Of a stretch of 64,000 bases of DNA, positions 40,801-53,866 are shown in pieces. A program made the translations under genes and the position numbers. The number at the start of each line of letters is the position of its first letter. The stretch's first letter is position 1. The stretch comes from Haplodiscus bocki (Eukaryota). The notes under the pieces are model-generated. The model ran no database searches, was not told where the DNA came from, and saw nothing but the letters and a program-made list of their open reading frames with translations. Where the stretch lies: assembly GCA_965655095.1 (NCBI GenBank), contig OZ296651.1, positions 108,562,001 through 108,626,000 on the forward strand. Direction: 5' to 3'.

Positions 40801-42278
40801 TTAGGATTGTTTTCGCTGCTAAGACATTCAAACCACTGAAATTCTACCAAAAAAACCTACGATAGTTGGTGCCACAAAATTGGATATGCCAAATCGACAC
40901 ATGTATTGGTTCCACTATAAACATACGAAAGCAAATGTCAAAATCCTAGCTTTTTATTCCGACACAGATTCTCTGATTTACGAGATTGAGTCGGAAGATT
41001 TGTACAAAGACCTCAAAAACGATGATGCAATTTAACAAGAGTATGAGTTCTCGAATCATAACGAAGGCATTGGGCGGCACTCTAAACATCAAAACCTAGA
41101 AACACTCGAGTTTCCAGATGAATTAGGTGGGAAAACCATACACAGTATCCTTGCTATGAAAACAAAACTATTTTATATTTCAATGGGAGATAAACAGAAA
41201 CTCTCTGCAGAAGGAACCACCAAAAAAGCGCAGAAAAGTCTGAAGCACCCAGTTTTCTTTCGAATTCTTGCAATAGATGCTTTACTCAGATTTTTGAATT
41301 ATACAAAAAACTGTCAAAAACATACTGTATTTACCTTACAAACCAAAAAAATGTCGTTGAGCTGTTTCGATGATAAACAATATGTTCTGCTGAACGGCGT
41401 AGGCGCTTTGCCTTTCGGACACTACTCCTTGCGAGAAGATGCAATGTTCCGGGATGTTTGCGGGGACATTGAATGGGGGAATGATGTATTGAGAGAGAAA
41501 AGGAAGAAAGATGACGAGGATCTTCACCCTAATGAAGCAAACGATTCGGAACTACCGATATTTTCACCTCCTCATCGCGAAGTTTTACAAAATCCAATCA
41601 CTGTTGACAATTTTTTTGATTTAATCGATCTTTTAGAATCTTCAGATACTGAATTCGATCCACCAAGTACAGAACCGAATTTATTTTTGGACATGGAAGC
41701 CTCAGAAGTCTTTTCGAATTGTCCTCCTCCCTGAATAAGAGTCACATTTAACAGCTTTTAATTTTATACAGTGTTTTTCAACAAAAATATGTTTGTGGAG
41801 TAATTCAGCGTTTAATTCCGTGTTTTGAAAAGACAAAATAGCTGGTTCTGTTTTTAGTTGGAATTCCAAGGTGTAATTGCTAAGTTAGAGCTTTCAGTTT
41901 CTTAAAACTGAACCACCAGAATTTTTATTGTACACGAAAGTAAGGGAACGCCTAATGAAAGCATTTCTTGAGTGGAGCAATTTTTGTAAGTATTTTTAAA
42001 AGCACTACCACCGCCACTACAGATCAGTGAAGTCTAATTAGCATTCCTGTTACCAACTAGCAATTTGGGAATGTTTTATCAATAACGTTGGGATTGCTTG
42101 AAAGTATTAGTTAATCCACCACAATTTTACAATTGACTTCTACTACAACAAAGTCTCAGGGTTAGTTCGTACCAAACTTACAGACATTCAAATAGAACCG
42201 AGAATGTATATGCTTTTACGTCTAGTTTCAAAAACTTAAACTTCTTCCTTTTATGGATGCGTCCTAAAATCTTTCTTA
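34859..42278 (+). repeat. Tandem unit 3 (7420 bp)
   Basis: Near-identical to units 1 and 2. Confidence 0.97.
37608..41734 (+). pseudogene. polB: pPolB pseudogene, unit 3
   Basis: Same motifs. One stop shared by units 1 and 2 (TTTTAA) is TTTTAT here, which lengthens the ORF to 41156-41734. Confidence 0.93.
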
Positions 42279-45200
42279 TGACCACTTCCTAAAACGACAG
42301 TCCTGTGAAATGCGGACCAGTAATGTCGAGTGCCGCTCGGGCTTCGGAAATCTTAACAGATGGTCTGCATCTCGTGATTGCAAGTCGTCCGGTTGATTTA
42401 ATTCGTCGGATCATACTCGTGTCGCGCGACGCACAACATAAAGTTAATTCGAGAACACGGTGGACTACAAAACAATGGAACCAAACGAAATAGACGTAAA
42501 CAAAGTGCAACAAATTTTCCATCGATTTTCTAATGATAAAACTGACGATTTTGATGTCTACAGAAAATATGTTTTGAGCTTTTGTTTGAATTACCTGAGA
42601 AATACTACTCTTAACGTAACACTAAAACAACTCCAAAGCTTGTTGAAAGAAGAGCCACAAATCGAATGTGGATTGTTTTATAAGCATTGTAAATTTTACA
42701 GACTACTTGTGATTGTTTCTAACGCTCAAACTGTACTTGGAATTTTCTGTGACACAGAAGACTGTTTGGATACGAGAAATAGGTTCAAAAGATTTTGGTC
42801 AGCTTTAATTCATCCTCTCTGGAGTATTTTGAGTTTGAAATTATAACTCCAAGCGCACCGGTTTAATCAGTTGGAATGTTGAACGAATACGGAAACATTG
42901 TTTTTGATTTTGAGAATGTTACTTATAACATTTTTTTGAGAGAGAATTGACTGTTTATGGAAAAAGTTTCCAAGACACGCTGCTTTTCAAACCACCGAAA
43001 GAACTGCTTGACTGTTCAACCACACATCAACGCTCGATAAATTTGCTTACAAAAAGAGTTGATCGTACGGACTGGAATAGTGGTTTTTACCATTACAAGT
43101 TCATTAGCGAAGATTTTGTTTGCCCTCGAATTCGTTTTCCCAAATTGAGAGTTTTAGTTAAAGGAAAAAATAGAGTGGATTTCCTTCACAAGCATTTGGA
43201 AAACGTTCGAGACTCCGTTGAACTTGCTTATCCACCAGGAAAAGAACTACGCAAAGATTTTGTGATTTCGTGTTCTAATCACAACAAAATTGAACCCTGG
43301 AAACCCAACAATAAGTTTTGGCATTGAAGTAAAATAAAGTCGGCGTCCTTTTATCAGCAGATAGAAAAATCCAAATATGGAAGCACTGCCGGAAGCCAAT
43401 AACATGTGCTAATGTTACTTCCTCATTTAAGCGTCTCCTTGTTACAAGCAGCAAACAATAGTCATTTGGTCGTTTTGACCAAAGACGAGTATGTTGGAAA
43501 TGGTTTTGACAGAGTTATGAGAAGAGATGTGATCCAATTGTTTCTCTCAGGGTACTACTTACCAAAGTCTGCGTTTGGTGTTCTTGACGCCGGAATTTTG
43601 AATAACATGAGTCAGCAGAATCCGAGACCAGGCAGAAAAAGTTCTCCAATATGAAAAAAACCACCCTTCAACTTTCCCAACAAGAAATCCCCACGTCCGA
43701 TAGAAATTCATGCAGGCTGTTATAATTTACCCAAAGAAATTAGGCGAATTACGAAAGGATAGAAAGCGGATAAGATTTGCTTCTTCCCTGCAATCGGCAA
43801 GGAAACCTCAAAATTCAGGATTGAATTAAAAACTGAAGACACCGAAGGAACTCTTTCATTACTTTGCATGACACGAAAGAGTTTAAATTACCTAGTAGTA
43901 GAAGTTTGTAGAATCAACCAACATGTGTATGACTTGTAGACTGATCATTTCTAAAACTATTGGACCGTTTTCTTCTTTCTTTTGACACTTTTATTAGTAT
44001 ACCGTTCTTTAGACACTCAAAGACAAGATTTTTTTTTGTTCAAGTGTACTTCTATACTCCTCAACATTGCCAAACTAGAAAAACTGTGTAAAGAGACACA
44101 CGCGGAAAAGCATCCATTTTTGTGCTCAGATTGCTTTTAAAACGATACTCTTAGTTTTTAAAAAATTGAATTTCTCTTCATGTATTTGTTTTGAGTAAAG
44201 TGCTCAGAGCCAGTGGACGTTGCAGATCTAATACCCATTCATAAACTGGTTTATGATGAGAACATTGTAGAGAGACCCCCTGGGAAGTTTTGCAACTCTA
44301 CCACGAAGCATTTTTGAAGTTCGAGTTTGAAGAGACTTTTTCATAGTATCAAAATTCAAAAAAGTTTACCGGAAAAAGGACCATCTTTGAAAAAAAATTT
44401 GATCGTTTTAGCCAAATAAACAAACATTTCTCTACCTTGAAGAAAAATACCGAGCCAACAGTTGGCACACCAACAGAAAAAAAGACGTTGAATCCGCTAA
44501 TGAAAACCGCGGGACGCCAGCTTCAAAGTGTGTTGAGAGTTTGGTCAAAGAATGCGTATTTCGAAAACGGGTACTCTGACAAAAGCTGTCAATTTTCTCA
44601 ACAACTGTTGGTCGGATCGGTCTAAAAAGTTGCATGCAGGTCCGCGAGGCAGTTTTGGAAAAACTAAATTGGAACAAAGGGGGCCCTTCAAAGTCACCTT
44701 CCTTCAAAAATTGCAAAAATCAACTTCCATTACGACTCGCAGTATAAAGTCAAACCGTCAACAAACAGAGATTAAAATAGTTTGAGGACTCTTGGTTTGC
44801 GACCAGCCGCCGTTTTCCAAAAAAAGCGTCAAGGATACCATATAAGGTGATCGGATCAGAATTCAAAGAACACCAGAGTCCCTCCACCCTCATACCATAA
44901 ATGATTGTCGTCTCGTCAATTTATAGGAGCGCAGAAAAAATTTATGATCGCAATCTTAACTTTCAGAAGCACTCGACTTGTCAAAATGGCTGCGGAGTGT
45001 GATGTTTGCTTCAAAACATAGAGCTTTCCGACAAAGTTGCGCCAACACAAGCAAAAATTACACGAAGTACTTCCGAAAATTTTTTTTGATGTTCGGACTG
45101 TGACTATGAAAATACCTCGTTGGTTTTCATGAAGAAACACTTTTTACTAAACCATGGATTTATAATAGTCAATCATTGTTGTTTCTGTAACATCATTTAT

Positions 45201-48200
45201 GGAGATGGCGCCAAAGTTTCGAATCATGCCGAAAGCGTCCACTCTTTACCAACAAAATTCACACAGAGTCAAGGCGGACATTGAAAGAATCACCGGTTAC
45301 CTAACAAACAGAAACAGCATTCACAGGATCATTACAAGTGTATCAACTGAAGTGAAGAATTACATCAGTTGATTTCTTAGAGTTGTTGGTCAGGAGAAAT
45401 AATCATATACAAACCTGAATTAGAAAAAAAGCTCGAGATGGTTTCAAGAAATTCAAAAACCCACAGAAGTGAAACTAGTGAAACCGGAACCTGACCAAAC
45501 CTCACAAGAAACTATTACAACACACACAAGCACTGACCGTGTACCAATTTGGTTTTCTAAAATCTCAGATGACGTTTTTTATCGTTTGATCGAGCAACTG
45601 ACATTGGCTTTGTGTACCTTTGCATCGCATGATAGTCGATGGATTTTGTGGGAAATAATAAACTTAATAATAAAATTTATATCATTTTCAGCAGATTAGG
45701 GCTGATCCTACATCGCTTGTCTCATCAATCTTCGTAATTGTGAGTCTCTAATCAAAAATCGCAACGTTGCCGACAAAAACTGCTTTTTCTATTGTCATAC
45801 TGTTGGATACCATCTATACACGGAGGAGTTTCTCATCGACATAAGTTCTTTGCGATGCAAAACAAGCCCCGATATCAAAAATCCCAGTATCAACCCGTTA
45901 ACCAAAAAGCATCTGGGTGAGTTGTCAAGGCCAATGCCATTCAATCAAATTAGTTGCTATGAAAAAGTCAACGAGGTTCAAGTAATTATCTGCAGAATTA
46001 TAAAAAGATTTTGTGCCCTTGAGGTTCTCTTAACTTCGATGTGATTTGATAATGGATTTATTACTGTTGTCAAACGATGGCCCTCATCACTATGTTTTGA
46101 TTACCAATTTGAAACGTTTTGTCAAATTCATCAAAAAAGCAGAGTAGGTGGAGAGGTTAACTATGCAGAAACTGTTTCAATGTTTGTAATTCAGTTGAAA
46201 GTTTACAAAGTCACAAAATCATTTTTTACGAAAATGAAGCCGCGAAAATAGTTCTGCCCGATCATTAGAAAAAACTTCATTAATTAAAAAGTACAAAAAG
46301 CACTTGATTTGTACTTCTCGTTTTTTTTGTCACCGAAGCGCTTCTCGTTCCTATCCATACATGTGACTCCTTACCAAATGCCATTGGGCAAACGATATTG
46401 GAAAAAAATAATCCCTCTGGCTATGGATTCAATTTTGTTGAGCATGGAAAAGACATAGTTTTGTTCAACAGAGTCAAAAGAGAACACAACTTTCGAAGAT
46501 TTTATCAAAGAGTTGGAAAAAAACGAAGGATATTTCTAACCGTATACAACGTTTCTGATTCTGCAGAAGTAACCCTCCAGTACCAGAAGAATCTGTCGGT
46601 GACTGCTGGATTCGCATTAAACCTTTCGAAATAGACCAGGGAGAATTATTGGACCATTGTCATTATAGTGGTAAGTTCTTAGGTTAGGCTCATTATCAAT
46701 GTAATCTGAAGAGAAAATCAATCAACTTCACCCCAGTGGTTGCCCACAACATCGCAGGCTATGACATTTATCAAATATGAACAATAATCAAGAAGAGCAA
46801 TTCAAACAACAAGTTCTCTGTGATTCCCACAACAAATGAGAAGTGCATTTCTTTCACATTTTCCGTATGGGTAAACTTTTTTTTATGGAAAAAAAGGAGT
46901 GATGAAAAATGTTTATGAAGAAATGCAATTCTTGGATTCTTTCATTTCAATACCACAGTCCCTGGAGAACCTAGCTCAAAGAAAAATTTATATACCTCGA
47001 CTGTCAATTCAATATGCAAAAAACAGTATCACAATTTGACTTACTGAAAAGGAAAGGAGTTTACCTCTACACATACATGAACATTTTCGACAAATAAGTT
47101 CTAGAAAAAAAATACTTCCAAAACGGTTTTGGAAACACACACTTTAAGTTGGAGTAATTACTGTTTCCGACGGAGACTTGGAGCATGCAAATCTTGTATT
47201 CCGAGAGTTTGATTGCAAAACTTTAGTCGACTAACATGATTTTTATTTACACAAAGATGTTCTCTTTCTAGCGTCCCTCTTTGAAGTGTCTCGCTAAGTC
47301 TGCTATGCCAATTACGGTCTGGACTGTGTACATTTCTATTTGGTATCCAATTTGTCTGCTGAAGCCTTCCTCAGAAACTTTAACGGTGGAATTGAACTTT
47401 TAAGCAATCGAGAACTTTTGGAAAAGGCCGAAAACTTGATTCGCGGAGGATTTTCTCGAATGTTTGGAAAACGTAATTTTGAAGCAAATAGCAAAATTTT
47501 ACCAACCCATAACCCCTCAGTGAAACAGACATTTGGTTTTTTCATTGATGCAAACAACTTATACGGCGGAATCGTGGAAAACTTTCCTTTACCTTTAAAA
47601 AACTTTGTTTTGAGAACAGAAAGAAAACTTGACCTGCATGGAAGTCTAAGTACGACAGATGACCCCTCAGTTGGATAATTTTTGCAGGCGAATCTTCATT
47701 TTCTCGAGCCTTTGGACGATTCTCACCCATATTTCCCATTGGCATCAACCAAAGAGGAAAAATTTATTTCCGGCTCGAAGAATATCAGAAGAACACGCTG
47801 AAATTGTTTGAAACAAAAAGATTTTCCACAAAAAAGTAAAAAAAAACGGATTCAAAAAGTTTAGGACGAAACCAATGTTTATACCTTGAAATAGCCTACT
47901 TTGAATTTATATTTTGAACTGGGATTAGAAGTCAAAGAAACTGACGAAGTGTTACATTTCAATGCACCAAAAAAGCTCAAGCCTTACATGCAACTGAACA
48001 CTGCAAAACGGAAAGCCTCGGCAACAAATTTGAGGAGAATTTCTACAAGTTGATGAATTTTTCGGCATTCGGAAAAACGATGAAAAGTAAAGCAAAAGGA
48101 TTGGTTGTTGAGATAGTTACTACAAGGACCCAGTTGCTCGCGCAAACGAAGAAGAAGTGGATGAAAACACACGAGACTTAGGATTGTTTTCGCTGCTAAG

Positions 48201-49348
48201 ACATTCAAACCACTGAAATTCTACCAAAAAAACCTACGATAGTTGGTGCCACAAAATTGGATATGCCAAATCGACACATGTATTGGTTCCACTATAAACA
48301 TACGAAAGCAAATGTCAAAATCCTAGCTTTTTATTCCGACACAGATTCTCTGATTTACGAGATTGAGTCGGAAGATTTGTACAAAGACCTCAAAAACAAT
48401 GATGCAATTTAACAAGAGTATGAGTTCTCGAATCATAACGAAGGCATTGGGCGGCACTCTAAACATCAAAACCTAGAAACACTCGAGTTTCCAGATGAAT
48501 TAGGTGGGAAAACCATACACAGTATCCTTGCTATGAAAACAAAACTATTTGAAAACAAAAGATGTATTGAGAGAGAAAAGGAAGAAAGATGACGAGGATC
48601 TTCAACCTAATGAAACAAACGATTCGGAACTACCGATATTTTCACCTCCTCATCGCGAACTTTTACAAAATCCAATCACCGTTGACAATTTTTTTGATTT
48701 AATCGATCTTTTAGAATCTTCAGATACTGAATTCGATCCACCAAGTACAGAACCGAATTTATTTTTGGACATGGAAGCCTCAGAAGTCTTTTCGAATTGT
48801 CCTCCTCCCTGAATAAGAGTCACATTTAACAGCTTTTAATTTTATACAGTGTTTTTCAACAAAAATATGTTTGTGGAGTAATTCAGCGTTTAATTCCGTG
48901 TTTTGAAAAGACAAAATAGCTGGTTCTGTTTTTAGTTGGAATTCCAAGGTGTAATTGCTAAGTTAGAGCTTTCAGTTTCTTAAAACTGAACCACCAGAAT
49001 TTTTATTGTACACGAAAGTAAGGGAACGCCTAATGAAAGCATTTCTTGAGTGGAGCAATTTTTGTAAGTATTTTTAAAAGCACTACCACCGCCACTACAG
49101 ATTAGCGAAGTCTAATTAGCATTCCTGTTACCAACTAGCAATTTGGGAATGTTTTATCAATAACGTTGGGATTGCTTGAAAGTATTAGTTAATCCACCAC
49201 AATTTCACAATTGACTTCTACTACAACAGAGTCTCAGGGTTAGTTCGTACCAAACTTACAGACATTCAAATAGAACCGAGAATGTATATGCTTTTACATC
49301 TAGTTTCAAAAACTTAAACTTCTTCCTCTTATGGATGGGTCCTAAAAT
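42279..49348 (+). repeat. Tandem unit 4 (~7.07 kb, two internal deletions)
   Basis: Deletions of ~46 bp at ~44130 and ~309 bp at ~48550 relative to the other units. Confidence 0.97.
44986..48812 (+). pseudogene. polB: pPolB pseudogene, unit 4 (C-terminal deletion)
   Basis: Motifs A, B and C present; the SLSCFDDK/PFGHY segment is deleted. Confidence 0.93.
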
Positions 49349-49396
49349 TTTGAAACAAGGACCCCCGTTGAAAAGCCGGCTGTTTTTCTTACTACT
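49338..49396 (-). repeat. Right TIR
   Basis: GGTCCTAAAATTTTGAAACAAGGACCCCCGTTGAAAAGCCGGCTGTTTTTCTTACTACT, followed by TSD CACAAT. Confidence 0.9.
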
Positions 49397-50125
49397 CACA
49401 ATAAAGCTACAAAATCTTCGGCAGTGAAGAATTTTTCTTCCAGTTGAAAGACGTCAGTCACTTAGCTGAAGAAAACTAAAAATTGAGATTTCGCAGTGTG
49501 CGTACATTCTGCGTATTTGGAGAGGCATCAAATTCTGCTTAGAGTGATGTGCTTGTTTAAAACTACAGTCTTGATATAATTCAACAGCGAGCTTGCTGAA
49601 ACACATCTGTGCTTGCTGACTAGACCGCTAAAATCAGAAAACGCAGCTGCCAGCAGAACGTCTTCGTATCGCACAAGATTTGAGTCAGCTCAAAGTACAT
49701 TTTGTCTAGTTAAAGGTGCCATGCATAAGTTACTTTTGCTGTCTACCCTTCGGTTACTTTTCCACTGCATTTCACATTTTACTGTTCAAAAAAAGATAGC
49801 AGGTGTTTTGCTTGAGATTCTGATTCTGTTTCGATTTTCTGTTGCTGTTTTCAAAGAGCGTTCTTAGTAAACTACATCGTCAATTTTGATACTCAGATTC
49901 GTTAGCAATTCAAAGTTTAAACTCGATTATCAACTTCGGCGAACTGCAAGTTAGTTATGATTAATACTCCTGAATTTGAAACTAAATATTCATAAATATT
50001 TGATGTTTGCTAATCAGCACAATGAGTGAAATTTGAAGAAATTTCTTTTCCAACCTGAAATACGACCAAAAAATGACGCTATTAATTTTGATGTTGTTTT
50101 CTCACAATTGGCGGTAAAGCACGAG
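49397..50125 (+). repeat. Repeat family A, right half of the interrupted copy
   Basis: Collinear with 12050-12770. Confidence 0.85.
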
Positions 50126-50889
50126 TTTAGGAGAGACTGTTTTTTTAAATTAAACCAATAGCAGACGTTCTATCACACTTATCAAGCCAGCTGTGCATCT
50201 CGGGTGTTAATAGCGCATAATTTAGAAAGCAACTGAGAGCACACAATTAATACAAGTTAGGCAGGGCTGGTCAGCGACAACTGTAAAATGAGTGGCAACT
50301 AAGTAGAGCTTTGATACAGCAAATTGCACATTGCCTGAGCAGTCATTGGATCAATTAATGCCTCTTATTGGCTGACATCCGTTAGATGAGTCCATCAAGT
50401 AGAGAGGAGTTACAAGAAGATCAAACAATAGTAGACTGCTTGTTTTTTGAACTAACTTTGTGTGTACTTCGAAACTGGCTTTTCGAAGTAACCAGAGCGA
50501 TCTCCAATTTTTGTCGAAAAGCTTGTGAATAACTGTTTGAACCAACTACTTGCTGGAGAAATATTGGTCAGAAACCAATTCCTTTTGTGCGGAATTCTGT
50601 CTCATCTTTTCTTTCTCCGGCAATGACAAATTCACATGCTTCCTTCACACATACAAGACAGTATGGCTTTGAAGGTCTCATGAAAACAGCAACGTTTTTT
50701 GAAAGCAGGCAAATCAATGTTAAAGATTCGGATATTTTCCAGTTTTGAGACATTTCATTTTGAATGAAACCAAACCTGATTGAATTTAGAAGATAGGTAA
50801 AACACTTTTTAAAAAAAGTAGGATATTTACGGATCATTCAGATGAAAAGTAAATGTACTTAAGAATAAAGTGTAGCGCATGTTAAGCTT

Positions 50890-51760
50890 CCCAGTGTTTC
50901 GCGTCTTGGTTTTCTTGCCAAGAAATTTCTTGGTTTTTTGACAATTCTTGCTAAGATCTTGGCAATCATTCCTGGCAAGGTTCGCAAGATTTTGCAAGAT
51001 TTTTCAAGATCGTGGAAAGAAAATCAAACAAATTGGACTGAAAATAATGGTCCAAACTTCCTCCGTCAAAATGTGTGATTTTTTCGATCTTTTTCGCGTA
51101 TACAAATGAATCGATTTTGCGTTGGAAAAAAGTCTTGTCCAAGCTTCCTCCATCGAATGCCAGAAACCTAGATCCAACAAAAACTGCATTCTCCCAATTC
51201 TATTTTCCGAAAAATGAAATTGACGTGTCAGTAACGGCTTCTTACGTTCAAAAGATGACTCATTCTTTGAAACAAAAATACAAACAAGTAAAACGTTCTG
51301 AAAAGCTGTTTCTCCAATTTCTATCAAACTCCTTCTAAAACTAAACTGTAAAAAAGGGTGTATGCAATGGCGTATGAAGTGTTCAGGGAGGAACGTGTCC
51401 TCTAGTTTACATGTTCCGTTTCGCTTCTGTTGTGAATTTTGACTGAAATCAACTTATACATTCTGTTAATTCTGCAAAATGCAGGAAATGTAGTCAAAGA
51501 ATGAGTCTCAGTTTTAAATAATTAGAAAAATATTTATAACCTAAATCAGAGTTAAAAAAACAACTGATTTTCTTCTCTGATTTCCACTGACATGATCTTA
51601 GATTTCTTGGTAAGAACAAATGCCAAGATCTTGGCAAGAAATCTAAGAAATCTAAGACCTTGGCAGCAATTGAAAAAAATCCAAGATCTCGGCAGGAAAA
51701 TCGAGATTGTCCAAGATTAACCAAGATCTTGGCAATAAAAACCAAGACGCCAAGATCTGG
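50890..51760. mobile_element. MITE-like non-autonomous DNA transposon
   Basis: Inverted ends CCAG......GCGTCTTGGTTTTCTTGCCAAGA and TCTTGGCAATAAAAACCAAGACGCCAAGATCTGG, with many subterminal CAAGATCTTGG palindromes; no coding capacity. Confidence 0.7.
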
Positions 51761-52239
51761 CATGCAGCTTAGTGGTTTCCTTGAGAGTATGTGAATATTC
51801 ATTACTTTGGAATTATTTGCCCGCAAGCTTCGCAGATATGCTGCAATATCGCCCTTTTCTTTCGGTTTAATTCCTTTGGAACTGAAAGCAAAAAAGTTGA
51901 TTTCAACTGAACTTTAATTTTGTAAAACTTTCACTTTAAATTGGGAACATATGAGTAGTTATGAAAAGAGTATTTGAATTCAGACGCGGAAGACGCAGCG
52001 TCCAGAAAAATTGCAGCTAAAAAAACTTATAATTGAAAATAAAATAAAGCGCAGACACAAAATTTATGAGAAAAATTGATACGATATCAATGTAGTGATA
52101 CTGGAAAAACGAACTAGAATTAAAAATATTTAAAACTTATTATCAAAAGGCGTACACAGGAAAAATTGAGTAGATTTATAAAATTAATATTATCAAGGGT
52201 AGTGCAGAGGAAATACACGAAAAATTTAATCCTAAAACA

Positions 52240-52490
52240 ATTAATTTCTATGAAAGATTATTTTTTCATAGAATCAATCTGAAGATCCTATCAACAGTTG
52301 AGCAGAGGAATGAATTTAAAAATTAATAACTTGAAATTAAATGAATTTCTTTCTATGAAAGATTGTTTTTTTTTCATAAAAACAATCTACAGATCGTATC
52401 AAAAGGTGAGCACGGGAATGATTATGAAAAATTAAAATTGAAAAATTGAAAAAAATCTTCTCTATGGAAGATCATTTTTACATTATAATC
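52240..52490. repeat. ~2.5 copies of a ~105-bp subterminal tandem repeat
   Basis: TTCTATGAAAGATT.TTTTTTCATA.AA.CAATCT..AGATC.TATCAA...TGAGCA..GGAATGA repeated; each copy has a small TATGAAA/TTTCATA hairpin. Confidence 0.65.
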
Positions 52491-52659
52491 CTGATCATCC
52501 AGAACTTTCAATTCCGAAGTATACCTTCAAGTTCAATTATACATTATCTTTCTTCATAGAAATCTGATAGTGTTTTAACGTAGTTTTTGAAAAGATACAT
52601 ATCATGCTTCTTAGATTTCATAATATAATTATCACATTCCTTTTGATTTCTTCTTTCAA

Positions 52660-53121
52660 ATGTTGATGTATAAAAAAATTGAATGGTATTGTATTGTATG
52701 TGATAGAACGATTGATATCAAACCCAAAAGAAAACTTCTGGAAAGGGTAACATTTAACGAGCTCGAAAATTCTCTACGAATAAAACATACTAGCCAAAAT
52801 CCTGATTTCTTCAAAAAAAATAACAACGTTTTCACTACCCATAAAAAAATTTCGAAATATATCTCGTTTAAAATGACTTTATATAACTTTTTGATCAAGA
52901 ATTTACTCCTCATGTTAATTGTGAATAACAATCATTTCCAAAAATGTTTCATCTCAAAGATTTTTTTCCATTTGTTTGAATATCTTCCTGTGAGAGAACA
53001 CAAATTTTCACATACATTCCAATCGAATGTTACAACTATTAATGCAATTAGAAGCATGACTTTTGAAATTCACCCTAAAAACCCTATCCAAAAAATAAGT
53101 TACTTTATGGAGAAAACTTGA
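52660..53121 (+). pseudogene. Degenerate zinc-finger-like hypothetical protein
   Basis: WYCIVCDRTI; the expected His ligands are not retained. Confidence 0.3.
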
Positions 53122-53866
53122 ATAAAATCCACATCTCATAAAGGTTCTAGATAGGTGTTCATATCATCCCTTTCATTCGAAGATCTAGTACTATTCTATT
53201 CCCAATTTTTAATTAGAACCATTTTTTACTTTTAAAAGATTCCAATTTGTCCTGACGAACAACCTTTTTCCCATTCATTGTCATACTAACGATTCTTCCA
53301 ACATTATCTGCTTCTTATTTTTTTAAACTCTCCAAGCAAAACAGTTGTATTGTTCCAACTCGAAGGTTGTTCATTTCTAGAACTATATCCTCATTCTCAC
53401 CATCTATAACCATCAATGATATATCATCAATAACACGTAACACACGAATGCCATAATCTTTATTTTTAAAATCGCACTTAGATAACACGCTTTTTACCCA
53501 ATCACGCACATGGTTTAATTCTATTACTCTTTCAAATTATAAATATTTCAGTAGGTAAAAACATTACAGAAATCCAAAACTTCTTTGATAGTCTTCATTT
53601 ATATAAAAAAACGGAACCTTTCCTTTAAAGTGAGAGTGTAAAACACTCTCTACACATTTTCTTCCGATAAAAGAATGTGTTAAATATAACTAATGCTTAT
53701 GATGTTTTCACAAATAGTACATTAATTTTAGATGACGACAACGAATTTTTTCTTATCTTTCTCAAACTTTTACTTTTGTCAATCCGTGGACGCGTAAAAC
53801 TACTATCTCTGATGGATTCAATAATAAGGACAACTCTTGAGCATTTTTATTACAAGACGTAAATAA

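Larger units (their letters stand above)
19884..49396 (+). mobile_element. Defective Polinton/Maverick-type element with an internal 4x tandem array
   Basis: 5' AGTAGT at 19884 and 3' ACTACT at 49391-49396; TSD CACAAT at 19878-19883 and 49397-49402; TIRs; pPolB pseudogenes; flanks rejoin into repeat family A. Confidence 0.93.
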
